A stretch of DNA of 63,044 bases, filler included, from Asterionella formosa (lineage: Eukaryota), in assembly GCA_002256025.1 (NCBI GenBank). It is 5 parts of 5 records of this genome, joined end to end, with 100 filler letters (N's around TTAATTAATTAA, not from the genome) between each part and the next. Parts side by side here need not be neighbours in the genome. Positions count along the whole stretch, not along the records: positions 29,998 to 44,886 come from NKIB01005695.1; positions 44,987 to 59,859 come from NKIB01005699.1; 3 more parts are not named here. One strand, given 5' to 3'. Positions 36,546 through 48,447 of the stretch are shown here, piece after piece (position 1 is the stretch's first letter; every line of letters starts with the position of its first letter). The notes under the pieces were generated by a model, which was not told the origin of the DNA, made no database searches, and saw only the letters and a list, made by a program, of their open reading frames with translations. The translations under genes were made by a program, and so were the position numbers.

Positions 36546-37351
36546 GACTTGAGCAAACTTATTGACAAACTTTTCACTTGCTTGATTTCTTCAAAGCTGC
36601 AATGTTTGTCCCAAGAAAACCAACCATACAAAGCCCAGTCCCATCAAGTACAAGGACAGCCTTGATTCCTGCCTCATCAACTCCATCATTCCGCACCACT
36701 GAAGCCTTGAATCTGACATAATCATTGGGCCTCACAATTGCTCCACAGCAGGCATTCTGTTCACAGCTTGCTTCTTCCATTGGTAGTACCTCTGAGGCCT
36801 AGGATTTCTCGTCATGAATGTCATCCGCAATTCTCATGTTGCTGCAGCCATGCATGTTAGTGTGAAAAAAGAATCCATAGTACTAGGTGTCAGTTTACAA
36901 AACAAATAAGTGCTTAATTTTTCATTGATGGCTGATGAATGAAGCATTGAATGAGACCTTGCCACACGAAGAAGGATATCCTTCAATGTACTTACTATCA
37001 TTGATCTACTTTAACCGTTATGATATAATGATATTTAGACATCATCAGTAATTTAGACTCATGGCAATTCATCCAATTGCTCTATGTAGATTCTAGTTCT
37101 ATAGTGATGTCAGTACCTTCCATGGCATCACATATTACTCAACACAGTAAGAAAACGAAACAGCATCAAGTGTACTGAAGAACAATGCTAAGCTATTTTT
37201 TAAAAGTTAAAGTTTCTAGAGAATTGTGAAAAACTTTATGTCTAGCACCAGATGGATGTGAATTCTAATTCAAAAGTCTTGCTTGAAAGATGCAAGATCT
37301 CAATAGATCATGGAGAAGCAGCATCTACAAAGAGAGACATCATCCATTCCA

Positions 37352-39462
37352 TTATCTATAGCTCTTTCCTTGGAAGTTGTATTCCTCACTGTATTCGTCA
37401 TTGTATAAACTGCTTCCATTGCGAGGATTCCTGCGCGCGTCACCTTCCGAAAAATATTGGTCTCCTATATCTGAAGCATCGTAATTATGGCTTTCATGGA
37501 AGCTGTCATCTTCAAAAGATGTTATGTTTCCGTTCATGGGATTAGAAGCATGATCGCGCCCATGCAATTGCTCCCTGGTCGGCTCTCCTATATCTGAAGC
37601 ATCATACTTATGGCTAGTTTCTTGGAAGCTATCCTCTTCCAAGGATGTAGTGTTTCCTTTCACGCGATTGCTAGCTTGATCATTCTGCACTAGATTCCCC
37701 TGAACATCACGGTTTTCGTCGATGACTTCGTAAAATGCTGCGCGAAACGTAAGCATTAACATTCCCATGAAGGCAATGACGAAGAAACTTGCAAAGGTCC
37801 ACGTCAGTCCAGAGATAGAGTATGTACAAGTACCATCGTAGACAGTGCGGGTGTAGATTGGCACAATGCGATCACATGAAAGTAAGTCAAGTACAGAGGC
37901 AGCATCTTTTCTCAGAATGCCAAGATTAGTTTCCATTGTTGTCAACAAAACTTCATACGCCGTAAAGTTTTTCCCGCAAAGGCGATTCAAACCGTTGATA
38001 GTAACGGTGTTAATCGCTTTGTTGAGGTCAGTTACAGTGGTCTCTGCAACGTCAATCTGGGCAGTATAATTGTTCAAAAATAGCCAGGGATCTGGTGTTT
38101 GGCATTGCGAAATATAAAAATAAACTGATGTAGAAACGATGTCATTTGTAGAGAATCCACGGGTTCTCAGAATATCTCTCACTGTCTGATCAGGCGATTG
38201 TTCAACTCCACCTGAGCAGAAGTCTGAAGAATTTTGCAATCGAGAAAGTAAGATGTTGACAAATTGGATAAAGCAGCGAACCCGGCAAGTATTTCATTGT
38301 GCAACTTGCACTTACCAGCATTCAATACGGAAGCCAATGCGGTAAGTGAGCAAGCAACATAGGCCAAAGTTACCATAACAGCAAAAAAAGGGATGAAAAA
38401 CCAAGATATTAAACATGTGAACCACCGGGGAGAAATTCTATAAGTCGACATCATTAGTCCAACCAACAAGGACGAGGTCAACACTACAAAAGGAATAACA
38501 ATAATAAGCGACTGCCAGTCATTGATGTCGACTTTTGAGAGTTGACGGTCAATATCAGCCGATGTTTGAAGACTCGAATCAATACCTGTCTGCACCGCAA
38601 CGACATTATCGAAAATGAAATTACCAAGTTGATTCAAGAGGTCTATGGCACTCTGAGCCATTGCATCAAAATCGAAGCCAGTGAGTCCTATAATGTTTCC
38701 ACCGGCTGGACAGAAGTCACCGAGATCAGCAACTAGCTCATCCCGGACTGATATGGTGGATAAACCAAGAGATTGCAGCGAATTTGCAATATCTTGGGCA
38801 AACAATAGCAGCGAATGAATCTCCTGTTGTATCGCCGAAAGGAGCACGATGGGAGGAACGAGTTAGCAACACAACCAAGATTAGCGCAGAAAGATTATGT
38901 TTTTGGGGCCTATTCAACCAGCGCACTCACATCATTGCTATTGCTAAATATCGTCACAGTCTCCTGATAATTGGAAAGTCCCTTTGTTACGACAAGAATT
39001 GAAAAAATAATTAAAGTGATGCCAGCTGCCACCACTGACATTCGTACTCGCAAGGGCCTCTTAAACTTTCTAGGCTCGTAGTAGCCTGGAATCGTGAAGG
39101 GATTTCCGCTGAGAAAACCGACTTTGTTCGGTCCCATGAATTTGAAAGCCAGCAGTACGAGTGACCACGTGATAAAAATAGCGAGGACAAAAGCGCCGGC
39201 AAAGACAAGTCCTCTAGTATAATCCTTGACGTCTGCACTGTTGCTGCTAAAGAGCACCGAGAAATCACTGGAATGACCAAATCTTGGTGAGTTCGACATT
39301 GTTTCGGTACAGCCGAGCTGAAAGCAGGAGAGTTGCAATTTGTTGGTGACAAAGACAGGATGGAAGGGATGACGAACAACGAGGGAGTCGGGGAGACATG
39401 GCACTTACAGGAACATAAGGCACTTCAGCGATAGTATTCGTTGACGTAGTATTCGTCGACAT
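37352..39462 (-). CDS. Tweety-like five-TM membrane protein, paralog 2 (~606 aa); exons 39462-39409, 39317-38931, 38823-38316, 38223-37352
   Basis: Shares PRFGH, VGFL.G.PF, DWQSLII.IP, NADFCSGG, GTCTYSI.G.TW with paralog 1; canonical introns keep frame. Confidence 0.8.
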
Positions 39463-40122
39463 GTTCACGGTCCTAGAGGGCGGCGTATAGCGAGAAATAT
39501 GGAGAGCAACCCTTTTCTTTGACAATCTAAAATGCTAATGCACCTCCTGTTTGTTGACGTTGTGATTCACACAATGGAAAAATGGAACAAAAGTGTGCGT
39601 ACATGCAGTCTCATATGACTACCGATACTGGTATTCTAAGTCATGTTTCACCAAGCCAAAGGCCGATGCAGATGGCGAACCGATGGTACCTGTGTACCAG
39701 CACCTGGTACCAGGTACAATACCAGAGATACAGCCCTGCTGGTACACAATGTTTATAAATTTGTACCTGGTACAAGGTAACAGGTACCTACAGAAGGAGA
39801 TTTTACGCACGCTGAGACTGGTCCTCTCTCATACTATTTTACCTGGTATCTGGTACCAGGTACACCTGGTACCGATTTCCAATAAATACTGGTAAATGTC
39901 CTGCTACATACGACTCAGTTAAATAGAGAAACAACACGAGATGAACAAGCAACAACAGTTCTTAGCTATAATCAGCCGCTGTCACAACATTGCAACTACC
40001 GGTGGTACCTGGTAACCCTGGAAACACTGGCCACGAACTGCCAGTACCTGGTACCTGGTACAGAGCTCCACATGCGGACCTGGTACCGATACTCCGAGTC
40101 CCACGCACGATCCTTTTTGTAA

Positions 40123-41064
40123 AAACCATTCATTCCAAAAGTGTCACTGTATCACTAATTTGTGATCACATTGTATCATGGAGTAACATGAATCTTCAAC
40201 GGCAACTGGCTGGCGAAGATCATGTGTATATCCCTCCGGAATATAATGATGGTCTTGATATCAAGCAACAACAAAATATAATTACCGGGAAACTAAATAT
40301 AATATTAAAAACACACATTTGCATGAATCATGTCGTCGCCATTTGATTTACTTGATGATAATGACGATGACAGTAGTGATCTTGATTTCTTCTTCCTCTG
40401 TCATTTAGCTAAGGAAGCAGAGGAAAAAGAACACTCATCCAAACAACAAAGGCGACGCTGTAAACGGCAGCTTCAGTCATCTGAACGACGACGACAACGA
40501 AGGCACAAGTGGCACCACGAAAGAATCTCCTGGCAATCACATGTCGAGAAACTCAATCACGAGATTGCTTTCGAGAAGACATACAGAATGTCACACAGAG
40601 CATTCAAAAAACTCACCTCCATGCTGGAAATTCAGATTGCAGGGAATTATTCCAAATGTGGCACTTCTGAGCCCATAATTCCCGAAATTGTTGGAAGATT
40701 GGTATAGAGATGAGCGGACTACTGATTCTTGTATGACTCACGAAGCTGAAAGGTAATGTAGACAGAGTACCGTAATATATAACAAAAAATAGTTGGCGCA
40801 ATATTTAATAGTGTTGTGCTTGCGTATTTACAGTTATTTTATCAGTGGCAACGGACGTGATACACAGTGATCAACGGCTTGATCAGTGATACAGCATTGG
40901 TCAGGGGTCCAAAAACTGTATCAGTGATACACCCATGATACACCGGTGATCAGACCAAAAAAACCGTTGGTGATACACAAAAAAAAACCAAACCGCCATT
41001 TTTGTATCATATTTCGGTGATGATACACCAATGACAACAAATAACAGAATGATAAGAACGGCCC
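40123..41064 (+). mobile_element. Internally deleted PIF/Harbinger element with TAA TSD
   Basis: Transposase N-terminus FEKTYRMSHRAFKKL (40330-40707); right TIR ...ATGATAAGAACGGCCC|TAA; TAA at 40120-40122; the interrupted repeat has an empty-site paralog at 41277-41412. Left TIR is degenerate. Confidence 0.7.
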
Positions 41065-41764
41065 TAAGAAAGCCATGTCGTTGCACCCTCTCAGACTAAT
41101 CCGGAGTGGTGGTACCCTGGCACCGGTACCAGGTACCACCTGGTACGATATTGGGTGGATTTGCATCGGCCAGGTAAAAACGGGTACGGTAATGTTGTCT
41201 ATGGACCTGGCAGCTGGTACCTAGTACCTGGTACCAGGCCAAACCGACAGGCTTGTCAGACGTCACACATGTACACTGGAAACGATGGCCACGAACTGCC
41301 CGTACCTGGTACAGAGCTCGACATTCGCACCTGGTACCAATACTCCGAGGCCCATGATCCTTTTTGTAAGGCCATGTTGTTGCAGCCCATCATACTAATC
41401 CGGAGTGGTGGGACCAGGTACCTGGTACCAGTATAGAAGTAATCAACGTTGCCGTTAAATGGTCAATGTAAATACAAGTCGTGTTGTAAATTTTCAAATT
41501 GTGTACACCAACCACTACTTCTAGTCATAGTCAGCAGTTTCTAGTCATAGCTAGTCAGCAGTTTCTAGTTGTCCGCAGCAATTTAAAGTCGAATGTAGTA
41601 AAAGAGTCATTTTGAAAATGTCAATGAACCACTAAATAAATGAAATTTTAAAACAGAGAGAATGAAACAAAATATTCCAGCAGCATGCACCAGTTTATGA
41701 TGCCGAATTGTTCTGAAATTTTACGTAATGACAACTAATAATAAGAGACCAACTTGCACACTGA

Positions 41765-42750
41765 ATGCATCTGCTCTCCCCCCCCAATTCAGCAACTCCT
41801 GTCATGGCCATTATAATCACTGATCAGCAGTTCATGATTCTTGGGCTTGAAAGTGCAGGATTCTCTGACTGGGAGCGTACTTCCAACGCAACAAATGTGG
41901 AGCGCTTTCGGTGCTGGTATGGACCAAGACCAAAGTGTTGTGAGAAAATTTGGTTCGACCTACAGAACAGTGTAGAGTGTTGCATTGGGAGTGATGATGC
42001 AAATCAATTGCACTTCCTTCTGGCTCTTTGTTTCTTGAAGGGGTATCCTAGTGCAGAAACGGAATTAGCTGGAACATTTGCGATGTCTGAGAAAACGGAC
42101 TTCATTTCACGTCCAGAAAATTCAGCTGCTAAAAGAAGAAAAGGTGAGAAGGAAGATAGACAATGACTCAATTGTAAAACGTACTACACTGCTTACTACT
42201 CTGGCACTCATATTTGCTTCCTTAAACACTAATTATATACCTGGTAAAGATTGTATCTCGCTGGGAAAATTTCGATGATACTGTTCCCAATTTCTTCATG
42301 TCAGTTGATGGAACTCATCTTCCAATTGAGGAGCCCCAACCATACTCAACAAAGTGGTCTAGTCATAAGTTGGGTGGTAAACCAGGACTAAATTATGAGA
42401 TTGGTCTAAGCATTTTTGATTCAAAATTGTTATGGATCCATGGTCCTACTCCGCCTCCTGGCAGATATAACAATATCACTGTGTTCCAGAGTCATCTCAA
42501 GGAAAAAATTCCTAATGGCAGGCGTGTAATTGCTGATCTTGGGTATAGGGGAGAGGTTGACATTGTTAGCACAAAGAATGAGTTTGATCCCCATGAGATA
42601 TCATGATCCGATTTTAAAGATCGTGTGATGGCTCGTCATGAGATATTCAACAAGCGAATCAAGATATTTGGTTGCATGAGCAACAAATTTCGCCATGGAG
42701 TCAAAAACCACAAGGATGCTTTTGAAGCAATTTGCGTGCCAAGCTTCATT
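41765..42750 (+). mobile_element. PIF/Harbinger/ISL2EU-like DDE_Tnp_4 transposase pseudogene with a probable intron (~42145-42249)
   Basis: MSVDGTH, WSSHK..GKPGLNYEIG, WIHGP, VIADLGYRG, ARHEIFNKRIK.F....FRH; frameshifts and stops. Confidence 0.8.
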
Positions 42751-43074
42751 CTACATAACAGTGAGGAGCTGTTTAGAAAGGAGGATTCTAGGTGTGATTG
42801 CATGGAACAAGCTCACAATGTTCATGCAAACAAGCTCCTTGCAGATATCAATAATCAGGTAAAGACCGTCTTGCTTGTTTTCCAATCTGGGGTTGTTTGC
42901 ACACCTTACGACTCTACCAGTAAAGAAGGGAAGGTGAAGATTGCGATCCATTCCTTGACTATGGATCACATAATTGGAAAGAATCGTGTTGATACTGCTC
43001 ACAACTATTTTCCAACCCACTGAATGCTTCGCTTCATTATTGGTGAGCGTCGATTTCTCAAGCTTTGCAACGCA

Positions 43075-44170
43075 CGTCTGCAAATAAAAACTATCATATT
43101 TCCATGATGCATCATAGGATTGTGATCATCTGATCATAATTTTTCGTTATATCATCTAATAATTTTGATAAATGCCTTTGTAATTTAAATAGTAAACCTT
43201 TTGACTACATATATTTAATTATAATATGTATTGTTTCTATTAGATTCCTGTATTCGAATTTCTTGGTAGGATAATGTACCAGCTCAAGTAATGAAATTTG
43301 GCTCATCATTTCCATCCGTCATCACTCCGACTTTTGCAACAACAACGAAATACTAGAGATGACAAGCGGAATGAATGTTTGCGATAACGTCTTCAATTGT
43401 TGGTCAAGTGATCATTATATCTTTGAGTAATCGTCATGTGCAGTGAACCTTTGTTCATAATCATTCAATTAAGGGTTTACAGGAGAGAAGAAATCATTCG
43501 AACTCGTATTGGTTCCGCATACAGCGCACATAGTAAATCCGTTTCGTCCACTTCAGCATGACAATCTCGCCAATCAACCCGTAAACAAACACATTCTACT
43601 TGTTCTCGTTGACATTTTCAATTCTCACATGACACTTCATCTACTATTGAGATTCAGCATAGAAGGAGATAAGAAAATGTAACAGACCACTGTCCACATA
43701 GCTATAGTTATAGAATGATTCTGAATAGAATTTCATTTTCATATCGCTCGTTTCTGCATTTTGCATACTGTACTTGTATTTAATATTGAACTTGTCCGCA
43801 TCTTTGATACCATCAAGAGAGCGAAAGCAAGTGGCTCTCTTCATTGTTGTTTGCTCGTAGGAAATATTTGATATCTGTATTGTCATTTGCTTGTTGGAAC
43901 TGTCTGTTGCCTCAAACCTGCTCGGCGTGTGCGTACACACACTGGCGACTTGTTTTCATTGGTATGTTGTTCTTGTATTCACTGTTGAACTTGTCCGCAT
44001 CGATGTTACCATCAATAGAGCGACACGTGGCTCTCTTCATTGTTGTCTGCTCCTGGAAAAGTGGGTGTCCATGCCATCATCAATAGAGGGACAAGTGTCC
44101 TTCATCATTGTGGTTTGCCGCTCGAAAAATTGGTACCCATATCGTCATTCGATCGTTGGAACTGTCCATT
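43075..44170. mobile_element. Second copy (one end) of the CGTCTG-TIR element
   Basis: Reverse complement of ~27440-28543, starting exactly at CGTCTGCAAATAAAAACTATCAT. Confidence 0.9.
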
Positions 44171-44171
44171 G

Positions 44172-44640
44172 CATCTAAGCCGCGTATTACGTGAAGTGAC
44201 CATCACATAAAAAAGCCTAGTTGATTTTGAATGCATCACATGAATTAGTTGAATACATCAAATACGTAGTTGAATATATCTATATATTATCTGTATACAC
44301 CACGTTAAATATTTGATCAAAGTATCATGAATGCATTCCTGATCATCACTATATTATGTGATCACCTTCACATAATTATTTGAAATACTTCACATAATTA
44401 TTTGAAATACTTCACATAATTATTTGAAAATACTTCACATAATTATTTGAAATACTTCACATAATTATTTGATATACTTCACATAATTATTTGAAATACT
44501 TCAATTAATTCTGTAATTCAGTTCACATTGCCTTAAATTTTTGTTCACGTAATTCTATAATATGGTTCACGTAATTTATTAAATTTTTTTACGTATTTTA
44601 AAAGTACTATCAAATAATGTTGATTACTAATTCAACAACC
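44172..44640. mobile_element. End of a repeated element with terminus CATCTAAGCCGCGTATTACGTGA
   Basis: Same end in reverse orientation at 44987-45249 and 59960-60085, with the same boundary and different flanks; inner boundary approximate. Confidence 0.8.
44366..44498. repeat. 22-bp minisatellite x6 (CTTCACATAATTATTTGAAATA)
   Basis: Six tandem near-identical units with a near-palindromic core; ~3 units also at 44987-45055. Confidence 0.92.
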
Positions 44641-44886
44641 GGTATTTCACATTACATGGGAAACAAATCTCGATATGCAATCAAACGAAGCAGTTCTTTC
44701 AGAATGGCCTCTTCAGTCTTGAGAAGGCAGGCATTATGAGAAGTCTGTAAGGACAATGCAAGACAAACAGAAGCCATGCATTCTGAATGAAAAAATCATT
44801 CATTCTTGAAGAGGCATTATTGCACGAAGTTGCAACATGAATGCATCACACACTGGCTTCCTTCTTGTCCTTGAAATGACTTGCTT

Positions 44887-44986
44887 NNNNNNNNNNNNNN
44901 NNNNNNNNNNNNNNNNNNNNNNNNNNNNNNTTAATTAATTAANNNNNNNNNNNNNNNNNNNNNNNNNNNNNNNNNNNNNNNNNNNN
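44887..44986. other. Artificial contig linker
   Basis: N44-TTAATTAATTAA-N44. Confidence 0.98.
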
Positions 44987-45249
44987 AAGTATTTCAAATA
45001 ATTATGTGAAGTATTTCAAATAATTATGTGAAGGATTTCAATAATTATGTGAAGGTGATCACGTAATATAGTGATGATCAGGAATGCATGCATGATACTC
45101 TGATCAAATAATTAACGTGATGTATTCAGATAATATATAGATATATTCAAGTAAGCATTTTGATGTATTCAACTAGTTCATGTGATCCATTCAAAATCAA
45201 CTAGGCTTATTTACGTGATGGTCACTTCACGTAATACGCGGCTTAGATG
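44987..45249. mobile_element. CATCTAAG-terminus element, copy 2 (truncates a Gypsy gag)
   Basis: Reverse complement of 44172-~44435. Confidence 0.8.
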
Positions 45250-46039
45250 TTGTTGCCACTCATCGGGCATAGAACGGATAATGATAATCCGCATATCTTC
45301 TTTTGACAATCCAACTTGATTTTCTGGATGAGGCATTAGTTGAAGTAGCCTGTTTAAAGTTTTAATACGAGCTCCGAAATCCATTACCAACATAGAAAAG
45401 GGTTTAGATAAATAACGTAGCATCCATTGTCGTTGATGTTGAAAACTCTCATTTGGTAAACGATCGTCTAACCATAAAACCATCGCTTCATCGAAACTAT
45501 CGTAAGATTGATCTTCTGGGTGTACTTCCACATTCAACCAATCCGATAAGGCAATGTCGGTCAAACACCTTTTAAAGTAGGAAAAGGTATCTGCAGGGCT
45601 AAAGGCACATGTGTTAGCCATGTCACGAAATTGACTCACTCCAGCCAATTAACAATGCTTCCACCGAGCTTCCATCGATCATATCTTGATCAAACGATTC
45701 AAACCTTCCACCGGTTAAAGCAACTCTGAATGTTTTAGTCTTGATAGTCAATACATTATAGTCTTTGATCAAAGGAATCACAGGAACCCTTGAATACATT
45801 GCCATGTTTGTTGTCTTCTAATTCGACTCTTTTTGAATTCAAAGTGAAGTATCTAACTAGAAGTAGTAGTATTTGTTGAATATATGAGCTTATAAATTAA
45901 TCCTTATGTACAACTCATTTCCTGAACTGACATCAAAGTATAGAATGGGTGTTAGTCAAGTTCTCTCATTATTGAATTCCGATGTATTTGATATAACCCT
46001 AACTCTATATACATCTGTATCGATATGCAGGATTGCTCA
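45250..46039 (-). mobile_element. Gypsy 5' LTR and gag fragment (family related to 20113-22960)
   Basis: Starts TGAGCAATCCTGCATATCGATACAGATG, homologous to 20113-20200. Gag from ATG 45805, frameshifted, with QRQWM..YLSKPFSM.V.DF.ARI..LN. Confidence 0.75.
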
Positions 46040-46610
46040 CCTGGTACTGTGCTGATCTTTATTAAACCAACATACATCAGTGCAGATTCAATATAATGTA
46101 TATACACGAACCATGAGCATAAATGTTGGCATACTCCTCATTTATACATGTGTTTTGGCATTGAGCAAAATCATGTCTACAATATGTATGTAGATTTAGT
46201 GTCAACACGATATGTAGATTTAGTATCAACGTTTAAATATCATTTTTGTTTGTTTCAAATGGAACTCTATCAATCTGGCACCGGTTCCTATTTAATTCAA
46301 ATATTCAAACAGACACTCAAATCATGGGAATTCATAGTAGGAAACTCCCTGTTCCACACCGTTTTTACAACCCTAGCGACGTTTTCTCCAAGCTAGGGTT
46401 AAGCCGGGGCCACAACCTTCAGCCTTTGGGATATCTGGGCACATCAAAATCAATGGTTGATCCTGACCTTGCCAGCCTCACACCAAATCCACCACCACTA
46501 GAAAGTTCATAACAAAAACCTCTTGTAGGTAGTCTTCTGAACTTGGAGCTTGGCTAAGATTACACAACAACTATATGCAAATCTAAATTTTACATTCTAG
46601 TCTGCTGCTA

Positions 46611-47996
46611 TCAATAGTCAGGTGGAACAGGAAGGTATTCCATGTCACGAGAGACATGGAGAAAGGTAGGCAATGGAGATGATGGCACAGAGGGACCTCG
46701 ACTTGTGGTCATGTGATGTTTGAAGGCTGTGGGAGTGCTCAAGTGCAAATTTGCATGTGCAACAGCCACCTTCAAGGGTCCTCGCTTATTGGATGGAACT
46801 GTAAAGTTCAAGGCAGGTGCATCTTTGGGCCAAAAGTAGCAGCGACCAGGACGAAGAACAATGTCATCTAACATGCCACTTCCTTCCAAAATAATGAATA
46901 CGGATGGGACATGAGGAACATCTAGCTCGAGTGTGTCACCAGGATCACATGTCAAGATCAAGACTTCAAATTCCGGAACAGGTGGTGTGTAGCGCAAAAT
47001 TCTCGAATCTCGCTTCAAAGGAGCACCGGCATCAATTGATGGTCCTCCCATACTGTAGGTCAACATATGTACCAGTGTGTCGACATCTTTGAATTTGGGT
47101 GTCAACCCTGCACGGACTACATTGTCTGAACAGGCCATGCATTCAATAATTTCTCCAGCAACATAGGCATGTGGCTCATTGGCTGCCATGAAGAAAGATT
47201 CCCCTGGTGCCATGAGCAGGTAGTTGAGGAACAAAGGCGCCATGGCTCCGGCATCATTGGGGAATTGAGCGGCTAGACGCAAAATGGCTCGAGCACATTT
47301 CCGTTCCCAGGGAGGTTCATCGTGTGGATGTGGATGAATGTTAGACTGTTCTGCTTGCAGACGGACGAGCAAGAGCTGTAGGTTACTGTCCGACTCCTCC
47401 TTGGGACACGACATGAAGGAGGAGAACATGAGCTGCAAGGCCGCGGATTTTTCGTCGTCGTGGCGTGCAAGAAACACAGCTAGTTTTGCTTCTTCGGAAA
47501 TGCATGCTGCAAATTCAGGATTCTTCTTCAAGAGCACCGAAATCTCCTCAATGCGTCTAAAGCCACACATAGCCTCGAATGGCGTTAGGGCAATGGCCAT
47601 TTCGGGCTTGTGGTTGGCGTCGCCGTAAGCCGCTGGATTCTCCTTGTTGAGCTTCTTGGCAATGGCCTTGTCCGGGTGTGCCTGGATCGAGAGCGCCTTC
47701 CCAGCCGACAGCACTTTGAACAGAAACGGGAGCTCCTCTCCCACCGCTTCCTGCAGCGTCCGTCCATCGTCAAGCACGGCGTGTCCCTTGGGATGTGTTC
47801 CTATCCAGAGCTCTGCGTACGGGCAGTCGGGATCAACTTCCTTGATAGTCTGGCTCTCCAAGGCGTACCGAGCCACTCGAGAATCCATTCCCCGGATGCC
47901 CCAGGCGTAGTCCATAACCACGGGGCGTAAGGGAATCACCGTGGCAGGGGCATCGTGATGGCCGTCCGTGGATGTGGAGCCTTCGTTGTCCGTCAT
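46611..47996 (-). CDS. MPI: Mannose-6-phosphate isomerase, class I (461 aa)
   Basis: YAWG, PYAELWIGTHP, LPFLFKVLS, LSIQAHPDK, DANHKPEMAIALT.FEAMCGFR, NEPHAY, ECMACSDNVVRAGLTPK. Confidence 0.97.
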   Translation of the reverse strand: MTDNEGSTSTDGHHDAPATVIPLRPVVMDYAWGIRGMDSRVARYALESQTIKEVDPDCPYAELWIGTHPKGHAVLDDGRTLQEAVGEELPFLFKVLSAGKALSIQAHPDKAIAKKLNKENPAAYGDANHKPEMAIALTPFEAMCGFRRIEEISVLLKKNPEFAACISEEAKLAVFLARHDDEKSAALQLMFSSFMSCPKEESDSNLQLLLVRLQAEQSNIHPHPHDEPPWERKCARAILRLAAQFPNDAGAMAPLFLNYLLMAPGESFFMAANEPHAYVAGEIIECMACSDNVVRAGLTPKFKDVDTLVHMLTYSMGGPSIDAGAPLKRDSRILRYTPPVPEFEVLILTCDPGDTLELDVPHVPSVFIILEGSGMLDDIVLRPGRCYFWPKDAPALNFTVPSNKRGPLKVAVAHANLHLSTPTAFKHHMTTSRGPSVPSSPLPTFLHVSRDMEYLPVPPDY

Positions 47997-48189
47997 TTTG
48001 CAATCGTTCCGTTTGCTGTTTCAAACGAACGATTTATGAAACCAGCAGTGAGAGGCTATTTTTTTATCATCAGATTGCTGTTTGGAATTGAAGAAGACCA
48101 ATGACAGCAAATGCATGACTGTCCGTGTCATTGCGTGGGTGAAACCGGTGGTACTAGCATTTACCTACTGTATCTACAGTTCGACTGTA

Positions 48190-48274
48190 CCGGGCAGGGA
48201 AGGTCCGGTCAAACACGTTTTTACTCCAACAACGATTTAGCTAAATATCTCGATTTACCGGACCTTCCTCCCAG
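48190..48274. mobile_element. 85-bp TA-flanked MITE in the MPI/SDR divergent promoter region
   Basis: TA-CCGGGCAGGGAAGGTCCGGT ... ACCGGACCTTCCTCCCAG-TA. Confidence 0.6.
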
Positions 48275-48404
48275 TAGCAGACAGAAGGAAGGTACCGGTT
48301 GTACAGGCAGTAAGTACAACATAACCACTGCTCCTTGTGTTGAGAACACAGTCGACCGACCATGTCCATCCCTCGATTACCGGTACTGGTACCAGGTACT
48401 CGAT

Positions 48405-48443
48405 TACTCCTACTCCCACTCCCACTCCCACTCCCACTCCTAC
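48405..48443. repeat. (ACTCCC)n hexamer repeat
   Basis: About 6 units just upstream of the SDR ATG. Confidence 0.8.
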
Positions 48444-48447
48444 TGGT

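Noticed and set aside
27440..44170. Giant inverted repeat / large composite transposon carrying psbW and the Tweety-like genes
   Set aside because: The copies are on different contigs, and the 28543 end is already paired with 24965 by its TSD
44185..44220. Helitron 3' end (hairpin followed by CTAG)
   Set aside because: Homology among the three copies continues past CTAG; the shared boundary is on the opposite side
44366..44498. CRISPR-like array of palindromic repeats
   Set aside because: Units are contiguous with no spacers; eukaryotic context and no cas genes
44172..45249. A single element with ~260-bp TIRs spanning the gap
   Set aside because: The two inverted copies are on different contigs joined by an artificial linker, and their flanks show no TSD
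48337..48447. N-terminal (TP)n extension of the SDR
   Set aside because: Needs a non-ATG start and is made of hexamer repeat and footprint-like motifs; ATG 48448 gives a sensible N-terminus
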